This document shows, in pieces, positions 33,200 through 45,590 of a stretch of DNA of 64,000 bases. The first letter of the stretch is position 1. Every line of letters starts with the position of its first letter. A model generated the notes under the pieces. That model saw only the letters and a program-made list of their open reading frames with translations. It did no database searches and was not told the origin of the DNA. The position numbers were made by a program, and so were the translations under genes. The stretch comes from Amoebidium appalachense (Eukaryota > Protista > Ichthyosporea), in contig CAVNZM010000005.1 of the NCBI GenBank assembly GCA_963693365.1, positions 6,083,167-6,147,166 of the forward strand, read 5' to 3'.

Positions 33200-35310
33200 T
33201 GGTGAGCCCTCCCGCGCTCCCGGAACGAGTCGGTCGGATCCCTTGGGTGAGTGCCTTTTTCCTCTTGACATGACACACTCGGCAAACTTTGACATTTGAG
33301 GCCGCTGAGCTGTGTCTTATAAATAGGTTTATTGAGCCACCATGCTTACAACGTGTACATAAGCTCAAGCCACTTCATGACTGCATTTCACACGCACTCA
33401 CGCCATATTCGATTCGTTTGTAGGCAGATCCGACTTATCCCGGCCGCGGCGAACGCGAACGGTATGTACGTACCCGGCACCCGCTTCTGCGGATGCACAC
33501 GTTTCACACGGCTGGCGGGTTCAGGAACTTCAGCCACAAGGGGTTTATGCACTTTTTATTGCTGCGGCCATGGTGAGCCCTCCCGCGCTCCCGGAACGAG
33601 TCGGTCGGATCCCTTGTTTTTTATTTTATTTTATCCCGTTTCACTCCCGGAGGCACTGCCTAAGGGGAGCTAACGTCTTCCACAGTAGACACACGAATGT
33701 GCTCTCTACATAGTGCAACTATAAGTCAGGATACATAATCCCGACTGTCACTACATATTCTGGCAATTCTTAGCCCACGGGGTTGCCGCAGTCACGCTAG
33801 TGGGGATTGAGCAAACTCACTTCAACCAACACCTAGCCAGGAGTGACCCGGGGGAAAATAAAAGGGTATAAGCAAGAAAAAATGTTCGGAAAGTTAGAAA
33901 CAATACAATAAGACGAAGCAGTGTGTTCGTGCTGCTCTGCATGGTGGAAAAGAAAGAAAGAAGAGCAGTGTGTTGGTGCTGCTCGGCATGGTAGAAGACT
34001 AGAGCAGGGTGTTGGTGCTGCTCGGCATGGTAGAAGACACTAGAGCAGGGTGTTGGTGCTGCTCGGCATGGTAGAAGACAATAGAGCAGGGTGTTGGTGC
34101 TGCTCGGCATGGTAGAAGACACTAGAGCAGGGTGTTGGTGCTGCTCGGCATGGTAGAAGACACTAGAGCAGGGTGGGTGTTGGTGCTGCTCGGCATGGTA
34201 GAAGACACTAGAGCAGGGTGTTGGTGCTGCTCGGCATGGTAGAAGACTAGAGCAGGGTGTTGGTGCTGCTCGGCATGGTAGAAGACACTAGAGCAGGGTG
34301 TTGGTGTTGCTCGGCATGGTAGAAGACACTAGAGCAGGGTGATGGTGCTGCTCGGCATGGTAGAAGACACTAGAGCAGGGTGATGGTGCTGCTCGGCATG
34401 GTAGAAGACACTAGAGCAGGGTGTTGGTGCTGCTCGGCATGGTAGAGGACACTAGAGCAGGGTGTTGGTGCTGCTCGTCATGGTGGAAGAAGACAGCATG
34501 AAGTTCGTGCGGCCTATTGGTATTCTTATGTTTTTCTAGAGTTTTTGACGCTTTAGTAAATTTCGTTTTTCCTGACAAAGTGCCCATGTCGCAAAACTAA
34601 TAACTCGTGTTGTACTAGTCCTACGGCAACGGCTCAAACACGGCCATGTTGCCAGCGTTTGGCTCTATGCAATGGTGTGCATGCCGCCCCTTGTGCGTAA
34701 ATGTGGTGGAGTGTGGATGCAGCGGCGCACGGCCGTTTACGAAACACGTGTCGTGTTTTGTGCCTGGTCGCGATGGCCCTGTGCGTGTTAAAATTTAAGA
34801 GAATAGGAATGTGCAAAATACGCATCTTGATTGGTTGCATTTTATCTGATGAGCCCGGAGTGGCGATCTTATTGGATAGTTAACTGCTATTTTTAAGGAA
34901 TCATACTGCTTGTTCACCGATCACATATGGTTTTGATGTGATCGGGAGCCCGACATGGCGCGACTGGGGTCGGATCCCTTGGGTGAGTGCCTTTTTCCTC
35001 TTGACATGACACACTCGGCAAACTTTGACATTTGAGGCCGCTGAGCTGTCTTATAAATAGGTTTATTGAGCCACCATGCTTACAACGTGTACATAAGCTC
35101 AAGCCACTTCATGACTGCATTTCACACGCACTCACGCCATATTCGATTCGTTTGTAGGCAGATCCGACTTATCCCGGCCGCGGCGAACGCGAACGGTATG
35201 TACGTACCCGGCACCCGCTTCTGCGGATGCACACGTTTCACACGGCTGGCGGGTTCAGGAACTTCAGCCACAAGGGGTTTATGCACTGCACTTTTTATTG
35301 CTGCGGGCAT
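33200..35310 (-). mobile_element. Young non-coding element with split direct repeats (A1-internal-B1-A2-B2), or a TSD-flanked retro-insertion within a 371-bp tandem duplication
   Basis: A = 34968-35310 and 33232-33571 (near-identical, two small indels). B = 33571-33616 and 33200-33245 (identical 46 bp). GGTCGGATCCCTTG (14 bp) flanks 33617-34967, and an (ATAAA)n-like tail lies on the minus strand at ~33617-33634. Confidence 0.75.
33915..34492. repeat. Tandem array of ~14 x 39-45 bp (consensus cactagagcagggtgttggtgctgctcggcatggtagaaga)
   Basis: Directly visible. Each unit has the inverted repeat GAGCAG-10nt-CTGCTC; there are no variable spacers. Confidence 0.92.
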
Positions 35311-35579
35311 CGTCAGGGGCCCAGCGGCCAGCCTCACTTGACGGCCTACTGCGTTTTCCAGCGCAGCCAATCAAATGCAGCTAGTGACTTATTTACACTG
35401 TATGCAATAAAACAACCCTAGCTAGTATAGATTATTGATAACCAATTCGAAGCTAGCATTAATATATTGGTAGCTCCGAGAGAAAGTTAAGACACCGTAT
35501 CACAATATCATACTGTGCAGCATTAATAAGGTGATCTAACACGGTCATTTTATAACGGATATACTGGGGGGGAGAAGTA

Positions 35580-36400
35580 GAAAAGAGAATAAAGCCGCCC
35601 ATAACCTCCGGTTCTACCACACTATAGCTAACAGGTCACACTTATCATTATTGATAGATATGCATCCGCGAGTAAACCGCCCCCCACACATATTACACAT
35701 ACCAGCAGGAGACACCAAAAACCGATTACAACGCCAAGACATAATCATCTTTGCATATTTATACGACACAACATTATGAATAAACGAATCTATAAAGGAG
35801 CGAGATTGTCTAACCGTATCCGCCATATAGGCTACTAGTAGTTGGTGTTTTTGCTGACCTAACACTAGGAGGGACTCGACACGTAAAGTAAAAAGGTATC
35901 TATCAGCCATATATAGACTTAAAACTATTCATAGTCACACTATGGTCCAGCCGTACATCCGGTGGAGTCGCACTCCGCATATCGCTCGACAATGGGCAGA
36001 GACGATGTGGAAGGGAAGAGGTAGAGGGGCGAGTCCGGCGGGGATGCGTGTAGCCGGAAGAGTGGATGGGTCGGGGCAATGGCGGATAGGCGGGTGATGT
36101 GCTCGTTAAATTCAAGGGCTAATTCGTGTATGCGTTGTGATGGTGGTGTGAGTGCGTATAAAGAATCGAAAAGGCGTCTAGAAATAGGTGTGGAAAGGCC
36201 AGTAAGAAACGTACAAGTTGTGTAGTGGAAGTCATCTAGTGAGTGGAGAACATTTGCAACGGTATCAGGGGGTGCCATATATCTAATAGAGGCAACCCGT
36301 ACTCAGACAAAGGGCGAATAAAGGTGCGAAATATACTAAAGACGCTTGTGTAAGTGTACAGTAGTAGAAAGATTAGCAAGATACACATCCCTAAATAAAC
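35580..36400 (-). mobile_element. Degenerate non-LTR retrotransposon 3' fragment
   Basis: FRTFIRPLSEYGLPLL at ~36330-36285; downstream IMSWRCNRF....MCNMCGGRFTRGC (same WR..C..C layout as the other two copies); frameshifted. Confidence 0.65.
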
Positions 36401-36522
36401 GAAGACGCCTGCCTGCACTCTTCACCCGACGGTCGACCATCCGTTTGAAACATATGCCCCACTCATCCACCGGAACCCCCAAATACTTAGGGCCCGTTTG
36501 GCAGCACCCCAATAATCGTATT

Positions 36523-36597
36523 CGTATTTAGGCCCTAAATACGATCTACCGTATTTACAAAATTTATCGTGGTATGCGTATTTAGGGCCTAAATACG
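36523..36597. repeat. Pair of 21-bp palindromes CGTATTTAGG-N-CCTAAATACG
   Basis: Copies at ~36523-36543 and ~36577-36597; a related partial copy at ~36480. Confidence 0.8.
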
Positions 36598-37021
36598 GTT
36601 GGTGCCTTCCAAACTCTGCCAGGCGTGGCACCGTCCTTCGAACCCTGGGGAGATGGATCTGGGGGTGTCATCATGGCCGGTACTTACGTGTACTCCCGAT
36701 ACAAACAATTCATCTGACGCCGGCCCTATTATGGCATTTGACGCCCACATGCGCCTATAGTATACACACAGGCACACAGACACGAACGCACATGAAAAAA
36801 CACACACACTCACGCTAAAAAAAAGTGACGAGAGAAATACATAGAGAGCTCTGGAGAGGGACCTTGAATCTAATAATTATTCTGTCCGCAAACAGCACAG
36901 AATAAAAATGGTATGTGAATATGCATTCCTGCCGGGAAGCTATTGTTAAAAAAACACGATTGGTTCCTGCAGGGTACGGTTTAGGGTTCGAATTTGTGAA
37001 CCAGACCATGCAGAGCCGCGC

Positions 37022-38399
37022 CACTTGAAAGTTGAAAAGGCCCCTTTTGAATTCCCTCCTGCACTCCTTTACGCTGATGATGTGTGTTTGCTCGCCCACT
37101 GCCCTTGCCGTTTACAACGATTGTTTAATGTGATCACAGCCTGGGGTAAGAACAATCTAATGGAAGCTAATATATCTAAATGTGGTGTCGTCGTCCCTCG
37201 ACGGTGCCTCTGTCTCCCCACCCCACCCCCCACCAAGCTTTCTTCCTCTTTGATGCCCTTGTCCCAGTTACACCTGTTTATAAGTACCTAGGTATCCCTA
37301 TCGATTGTGACGGCATTATGTTCATTGTTATGGTAAGTCAAAGTGTAGCAAGTGCTAGAAGACAGCTGAATCTGTTTCAACGTAATAACTTCCGGGACAT
37401 TAGTTTACACCCACTTAATCTTATTGTCTTTGTTCGTACATTTGTCTTGCCTACTTGTGAATATGGTTTATCCCTTGCTAGCTGCCCTGCATGAAAAGGA
37501 TATCTTAGAGTGTTTGGAGCCCTTAGAAAAGTTTTTGTGTGATGATATCCGGGACCCGTCGTTTCCGAGTAAAGGTTGTGGTGATAAGCCTTCGAATTCT
37601 ACTACTACTATTTTGTCTGTATTTGGTTTGTTGCGTGCTCGTGCCCGTCTTACTCCCCTCGCGTTTTAGTTTCATTTACATTTGTTGGGCCTCAAAGCCA
37701 CATCCCCGTCCTATCCTCTTTTCTCTCTCTCTGATCTCGTCCTCTCCCCCTCTGCTCCTCCCCCCTGTCCTCCCCTCCAATCCCAATCAACACCCCCCCT
37801 TTTCCCCCATGACCAATACCAATCCCTATCGCAATTGTGAAGGAGTACTTTGCGTGGCATGCTATTCCGGCGGAAGATAGACCAGATGACAGCATGCACG
37901 TGCCGGGACTATGTTTAGTAGATCGTTTCCTGTATAATTATCGTTCAGAACAGCTGTGTGAATATAAAAAGGGTAGGGAATTGCTCCCTTTTGGATAAAT
38001 CTCTAACAGACCAGTTTGTATGAGTTGCCGTTTTCTTACTGTGTGAAGGCTTTACAGTGGAGATTTAGTACCAGATACAAAGTTTTCAGATATGTATGCC
38101 CTACACCAAACAACACACCACACCAAATTAAAAAACGAACATGCCCCCAAAAATGTGGTTTGCTCTCAACCTTTATTTCTCCAGACATACACAGTCGGTT
38201 TACCCGGGCCTATATCCATGACACAGTGAAAGACCTACAAACCGAACTTCACAATGCTTGATTTCATACTTAACTCTGCCGAGTTTCTACTCTTCCAACA
38301 GTGTATGGATTATCTGGACAAAAATGTAATACAGTCTCAGAACACGGATTAAGGTGTACATGAGCACGAAACCAAAAAAAAAAAAAAAAAAAAAAAAAA
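37022..38399 (+). mobile_element. 5'-truncated non-LTR retrotransposon (LINE) with RT C-terminal half and poly(A) tail, pseudogenised
   Basis: ALLYADDVCLLA (RT YADD), NISKCGVV, YKYLGIPI, FVRTFVLPTCEYG, C-terminal ALQWR...CP...H....C...C; several frameshifts and stops; A26 tail at 38374-38399. Confidence 0.85.
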
Positions 38400-39282
38400 C
38401 ATCTCTCCACATATGATGTCTATTTGATACGTTATATCATGCTCCACTTACAATTTGTATGATTTAAGTATAACACCGATTTTATTACATGTATATATCT
38501 TGTTTAATGGAAGTACTGTTGGCCTTGGTGCCGACAACTCATCACAGCTCACCTACATGTCGTTAATAAACAGCACATTCCCCCCCAAAAATTTGTTACA
38601 CGCACAGCCTCGAAACCCCCCCCCCCCAACTCTCCCCACTCCCCCCCCCCCCCCCCCCCCCCCCACCCCCTCGCCCCCCGGGGGCTCATTCTCCTTCTCT
38701 GCCCTCCTCTGATACCTACCCGTATATATATGCCCACAAGCTGAAAAAAAACAAAAAAAAAAACGACACCCCCTCCCAGCATGCGCACATGCGTACAACC
38801 ATACAAGGAATAAACGGCTCGAGCCCCTCCTCCCGCTCAGTGTTCGAATTTCTGAGAAAGCTTCTAAAATGCCACCGGTTTTTCGAGCTTTCGAACTCTG
38901 CAACAACCACAGTATAGGAAGAATCGACAGCCCCCCTCCCCACCCCCCCCCAGTCCGACCCGCCCAGGCTCCCCCCTCCCCCCCCCCCCCCCCTCTCTCA
39001 CTCTCAAATCCCCCCCCCCCCCCCTCCCCCCTCCTCCCGGTGTCCCCCTCCATCCTTACTCCCTCCCCTGCCGGGTCTTAGAGACTCTCCCATCCAGTCC
39101 CCCCCTCACCCTTCCCCCACTTTTAAATCCCTCCCCCCCCCCCCCCCCCCCCCCCCCACCTCCCCCCCCCCCCCCCTCGCTCCCCACGCCCCTCTGGTGA
39201 CCCTCACTCCCTCCCCCTCCAAACCTTCGAGGAGACTCTGCCTCCCTCTCTGTCGAGCCCCGCCCTCCCCCAGGCACTCCCC

Positions 39283-39317
<35 letters not shown>

Positions 39318-39565
39318 TTCTCTTCCCCCTCCTCCTTCCCCTCCGCCCCTTTACTCATAATAATCACTGATTTTTTTTTTATTTTTTTTTTTTTTGTTTT
39401 TTTTTTTTAAAAAAAAACGGTGATTCTTTCTTCCTTGGGTTTTTTTTTTCGTTCTTTCTTTTTTTTTTTTCCTTTGAAGTTTTTGGTCTTTTATTTTGCA
39501 AATGGTGGTGGTTGTCACGATTGTTGTTGTTGTTGTTGTTGTTGTTATTGTTGTTGTTGTTGTTG

Positions 39566-39663
<98 letters not shown>

Positions 39664-39841
39664 ACGTGCGTGTGTGCACGCGTGTGTGTATGTGTGACTG
39701 TGTCACGGTCTATGTGCAGTGTGTGTGTGTGTCTGTGTGTGTGTGTGTGCGTGTATGTGTGTGCGTGTGTGTGCGTGCGTGCGTCACGGTGTGTGTGTGT
39801 GTGTGTGTGTGTGCGTGTGTGTGCTTGTGTGTGTGTGCGTG

Positions 39842-39898
<57 letters not shown>

Positions 39899-39949
39899 CG
39901 TGCACACACCCTACCTCCCTGGTCATCCGTCATAGGTAAAACTATGATC

Positions 39950-40981
39950 GAGGTACAAACATCTTTCTTCTCTAAGCCACCCACACAACCCAAGCTGAAA
40001 CGGAAAACACCCACAGACCACTGCACGCACCTACAGAGAGCTAGTATAGCCCCACTGAAACACAAAAACCACACAGACACGCCCCCTACCCACACACAGC
40101 CAGCATGCGGCCAAACGTGTCGCCAAACACATAGACCCACCTGAGCCGGTTCAAACACCGGCTATCATAAGTATAATAATAGCACACAACTTGTGACAAC
40201 AGCAAGTAGGTACCGTACAAACCTACATGCTCCTAAGCAGTTTAATAAACACCACCACCATCCCCTAATTGTTAACCACACCCATGCCCACCGCAAGTTG
40301 AACACCGCCATGTTTCTAATATTAGCAAACAACTTGACCACATTTAATTTAGCATACCACAAATCCTGCTATATCGTAGTAACCAATGAGAGTCCGTGTT
40401 TAAAGTTTATTATTAGGTTTTGGTTGGAGGAGAAGCATGTCTTATTGAGTGAGGGGGGCAATCAACACTGGGAAGTTAGTGTGTAGAGGCTCACTGAGTA
40501 GTTAGGATCGGTAACTTGAGGTGTGTTAGCTTTTATAGCTAATCGCGCCATCATAGTAGCATCCTAATATAGCAGCAACTACTGCGGGTACAGTCGGTGC
40601 AATAGTGGAAGGCGATAGTTCCCATGAGCCCCCCCCCCCCCCCCCCCGGCTGGGGAACATAACGGGATAAAAATAAACATGTCCATGTGTGTGTGACGGT
40701 GTGACACGGTGTGTAGTGTCGGAGGCTGTGTGTGTCTGTGCACGTATGTGTGTGTTGGTTTGTGTGCCACGGTGCATTTCTGTACGTGTGTGTTGTGTGT
40801 GTGTGTGTGTGTGCGTGTGACTGTGTGCGTGTAAGAGCGTGTGCGCGCGTGCGTGTGTGTGTGTTTGGGTGTGTCCGTGTATTGGTGTGGAGCACTGTGG
40901 GTGTGCCGTGTGTGTGTGTGTGTGTGTTTGTGTGTGTGTGCACCTGTGTGTGTGTGTGTGTGTGTGTTTGTTTGCTTGTGC

Positions 40982-41027
<46 letters not shown>

Positions 41028-41210
41028 ACCTGTGTGTATATATGTGTTTTTGTAACACTCTACGGTGTGTGTGTGTGTGTGTGTGTACGGCGTGAGTGAG
41101 TGTGAGCATAGTACACATTTGCCGTGGACAACACAAAGCAGACATTGCAAGGAACACACAAAGAGTATGCATTCGACAGAAGAAGAGCACCAGCACGAAG
41201 GGGTGGGAAG

Positions 41211-41242
<32 letters not shown>

Positions 41243-41258
41243 TGTGTTGTGTGTGGAC

Positions 41259-41300
<42 letters not shown>

Positions 41301-41806
41301 GGGGGGGAGGGGGGGGGGGGGGGGGGTATGCATCACTGGCCAAAACGGAAGCAATTTCTCCGAAGGAAAAAAAAAAAAAAAAAAGCAACAAATACAACCT
41401 CTGGCAGGTGGAAAAGAGACTGGCCATATGCATGATCACGCACACGCGGGGGGGATTGGGGGGGGGGGGGGGGGGGAGGGGGGGAACGGGGAGGGGGAGG
41501 GAACGGGGAGGGGGGGGGGGGGGGGGGGTGGGTACCACCTGAGGCCCGGGGGACGTCGATATGATGACTACCTTCACCCTCCCCATTTCAAATTCCAAAA
41601 TTCCTTGATTGATTACCGTTGGGGATAATTTGATGAGCGATTTGGGTTTTTATCGCACACACGCACGGCGTACACACACACACACACACGCCGTGACAAA
41701 CACACATACACACACTAGTCTCCAAGGCTTTGTACTCGCTGGCTTAAGCTTAAAGCTTACGTGAGTGCCAGGCTGGGCCCTAAATGACGTTGCAGGACGT
41801 GGCAAC

Positions 41807-41837
<31 letters not shown>

Positions 41838-42292
41838 GGGGGGGGGGACCGCAGGGAGACAGTACTCAAGTGACTATACACACAAAAAAAACTAAAAAAA
41901 ACACACACCGAGACCCACACCATGTTTTAGATCGTGGGCTACACTGGCTGGCCAAGTGACACGGACAGCACCGTTGAGTCCGTCCGTGCACACAACACAC
42001 CACACGCCGTTAGCAACCAATCTTTTTGAACGACACATTTCCTCTTTCATGCATCTCAGGCATAAGTTTGCCAACTAAGTACCAATAATGAGTTACCTAA
42101 TACGTACCTTTTGGCCACTTCTAGCCAATGCCCTCGTGTTGCAATTGGCGTACAGGTATCACATATGTGTGGATTGTGATCATGATTAGGTTCCACACGT
42201 CTACTGTACGCATACAATCGAAGCACCCCACCCTTGTTCTCTTGTTGTAGATATCCTGGCGGCACCGTGGTCACCTGTGATACCGATGCCAT
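39950..42292 (-). CDS. Possible unassigned multi-exon gene with very short exons; not fully assembled
   Basis: ATG-initiated unique ORF 42292-42108 ends at AG|gtacgt. Candidate exons with good splice signals: 41779-41761 (ttag|..|gtaagc), ~40212-40141 (LYGTYLLLSQVVCYYYTYDSRCLNRL) and ~40054-40031. Intervening DNA has intron-like composition. No family recognised. Confidence 0.25.
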
Positions 42293-42653
42293 GTATTGGC
42301 ATCAAACACACACTATCCGCGGCCAGTAATCCTCTTGAGCACGTTCACGCCAGCCCGTATACGTGAAGTATACATAGTTTATTCTACATGGCACACGGCC
42401 CATGCCAACTTTTCCCTTACAGCAAGAAAACAAGCCACTGATTCACTGCTCACTATTGATGGCTGAAAAATATCAGCTCTACAGGGACGGACTGAACTAA
42501 CTTGCTACGCTCTACCAGAGATATGTACATCAACACAGAGAATGGCATGCGTGCACCGGATCTGAGAAGAAATACCTTGTTCACTCAACTAGGCTCCTTT
42601 CCCCCATTCCTCGACTCGTTCGTTAGTAGATCTCTGGCGAGTGGAAAGGGCAC

Positions 42654-42689
<36 letters not shown>

Positions 42690-42844
42690 GAAAGAAAGGT
42701 CTTTCTATTCTATCTCGGCCACGACATGGTGGCCTAGTCAAGGTGGTGTCACGGTGACCGCCCAGGTACCCACCATTCAAACAACACACGGTTTGAATAA
42801 AACCGACGCTGTCGGCAAAGGGAAATCGTGCCACCTGAGGCGTC

Positions 42845-44190
42845 CTATGAGCTAGCCGCCGAGTACATGTTGCCCTGTAAATGGAGGAAAAACACAATTA
42901 GAAATGTAAATGGAGGAAAAACACAATTAGAAATGTGTTTTCAAGTACTTTCCCTGTTCTTTTCTTCACCTGCACTGCGTAGTAGAAGGGGGTGAAACAA
43001 TTAGAAATGTGTTTCAAGTACTTTCCCTTTTCTTTTCTTCACTTGCACTGCGTAGTAGAAGGGGGTGAGGGGGGTGGGGGGTGGTGGGGGGCAGGCAAAC
43101 ACAAAGAGCCTCGAAAAGAGGGAGTCGAGATAAAATCTGGCGGAGAATCAGACAGCGAGAGATAGATATGATACACAAGAGAGAGAGAGAGAGGAGGGGG
43201 GGGGGGGGGGGGTTTGAATGCGGAACACGGTAAGAAATACGCATACACGACGAGAAGCATGGTGCAGGACACATGCAAAGGCAAACATTCAAGTATGCAA
43301 CATCAGTCATGTGCACAGTATGCGTCATAAGCAGAGCCCATCCTCAGGGAGGACCCCGGGGGGGGGGGGGGGGGGAGGAGGGGGAGGCAGAGAGCGAGTT
43401 TAGAGCCTGTGCATTTCAGGACAGGGACGCGGCGAGGCAGTCAGAAGGGATAGCTTAGTAAGTAGAAAGTTGACAAAAGCACTTGAACGGGTGATTGCAA
43501 AGGGTTACAAACTTGTTTACCTTACATGCGTGCAAGCGTATAAGATTTACATGAATCGTGGCATGAAAATGTGTTCCATGTATCTTCCCCCCCCCCCCCC
43601 CCCCCCCCGGTGAGATCATCATTAATACACACCTGGTAGCCGAGGAATTCCCTCAGGTAGTGCAGCTCTGCCTTCTGACCCTCGTGCACGGCATGTACCT
43701 GTGACCCGACCACGACCCGACAATTAGTAACCGGCATCCAACGAAATGACCAACCAAAAAAAATAAATAATAAACCATAGAAAAGCGCCCCATGTATGGG
43801 CAGTGCTCGTGGCTTCACGTGTGTGCGTCTGTGTGTGTGGTGGTGTGAATGTTGAGAAGGGGGCACCATACGTAGCAGGCCCAAACGACAGAGTCAACCC
43901 CTTTCATTTAGCTTACCGCATCAACTTATGGGGGAAAAATATAAACTGGGAAGAAATCCGGAGGGCCAAACTCCCTGCTGAGAGCAAAGAGGGGAAGGAG
44001 GGGCCCAGGAGGAGGAGGAGGGGGGGGGGGGGGGGGGGGGGGGGGTTGTTACCAAGTCACGGATAGAGATGACGTCAACAATGCTTCCGTTCCTGACCAC
44101 CGGCAAGTGTCTGAGGCCTTCCTGTGTCTAAACACAACGAAAATCAGTCACCACACTTGACCCTCCTACCCTCCCCCCGTGTGTGTGTGT

Positions 44191-44221
<31 letters not shown>

Positions 44222-44932
44222 GGGGGGGGGTCAGGAGATGGGGAAGGGGTATTGGTGCACGGGAGGAAACGAGCATTGACGAAGGGGGTGTTTGCAGGCA
44301 ATGAGGTGACGTGTGCACGCAGAGAGTAAGAGAAGAAGGGTATGGAGAGAAGGGTTGCCACACACAGTATTACACATTACACAGACGGACAGATAGGGGT
44401 GGTGGAAGAGGAGGAGGTGGGGTCTGAACACACACCCTCGTACACGTATATTCAAGAATACAAACAAATTTGAGCATGCACACAGAAGCGTGGTGGGTGA
44501 TTATAGACATGCACAATACACGAACACACGTGCCAGCAATGCTAACACATGTGATCTTCAGCCACCAGCAGACAGGATGGCAATTGAGCCCGTTGGTGTC
44601 GGTGATGGTTGCTTCAGGGGGGGGGGGGGGGGGGGTCTAGAAAAAGTCCGAAGTACACATTCACGACGGGGGGGGTGAAGGGGGTGGGGGGGATCCGGAT
44701 GGGTGGGAGTGTAAAACATACCATGAGAGACATGCAGCCGCTGACAGTTTCCGTCTCATCGACAGCAATGACCTTGGTGGTGGCAATCTCCCCTACGGTC
44801 AAGGTGCCGGCATCTGCGTTGGGCACAACTACCTTCTTGAGAAAATCACGCTCAGTCACAATTCCGTGCACCTGCATGTGGGAGAAATAAGGTTGGGTTA
44901 GTTCTGTTAGTTCTATCTCTTTCTATATTGTG

Positions 44933-44967
<35 letters not shown>

Positions 44968-44996
44968 TGTGTGTGTAGTAGAGGGCGGCGGCGGCG

Positions 44997-45029
<33 letters not shown>

Positions 45030-45184
45030 GGGATGAATGGGAGGGAGAGTGATGGGTGCCATAACAAGACGACAGGGAGTGCTTTACTGCAAATAAGGGG
45101 ACATAAAGGAGAGCATATGAGAAGAGGAGGAAGGGAGGGGGGAGGTTGGGGGAGGGGGGAGGGAGGTTGGGTACTGAGAGCGAG

Positions 45185-45215
<31 letters not shown>

Positions 45216-45554
45216 AGAGAGAGGGAGAGAAAGAGAAAGAAAGGGGGGGGGGGGGGGGGGGGGGGGGGGAGAAAGCGAGAGAGAGAGAGGTAGAGAGAGA
45301 AGGAAATAGGGACTGTACCTTGTCGCCATCCAGCACAATGACGGAGCCCACGTTCTTTTCGTTCATGGTCTTGGCTGCCTGGTTGACCGTCATCTCCTTG
45401 GGCACACGCATCACTGCGCCCTTGCGATCCATCACAAGTTGCTGCAAGGAAAAAAAAAAAAATTCACAAAATCGTGAGAAAGAGAGAAAAATGTGAGAAA
45501 GGTTCACGTATCATAGGAGCAAGCGATGGGTGGTGGTGGTGGTGGTGGTGGTGG

Positions 45555-45590
<36 letters not shown>

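Noticed and set aside
33200-33570. Conventional LTR retrotransposon (unit starts TG, ends CA) or spliced-leader RNA repeat
   Set aside because: No PBS/PPT or flanking 4-6 bp TSD seen, the repeat order is split rather than LTR-internal-LTR, and no Sm-site-like motif follows the GTGAGT.
33915-34492. CRISPR-like array of palindromic repeats
   Set aside because: Units are contiguous with no unique spacers, there are no cas genes, and the context is eukaryotic; it is a minisatellite.
34840-34880. Hammerhead-like CTGATGAG-cc..gg-CGAT
   Set aside because: Has CUGAUGA and a short stem II, but lacks GAAA and a correctly placed NUH/stem III.
36625-36660. GGTTCGAA B-box-like word suggesting a tRNA or SINE
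   Set aside because: No A box at suitable spacing and no cloverleaf visible.
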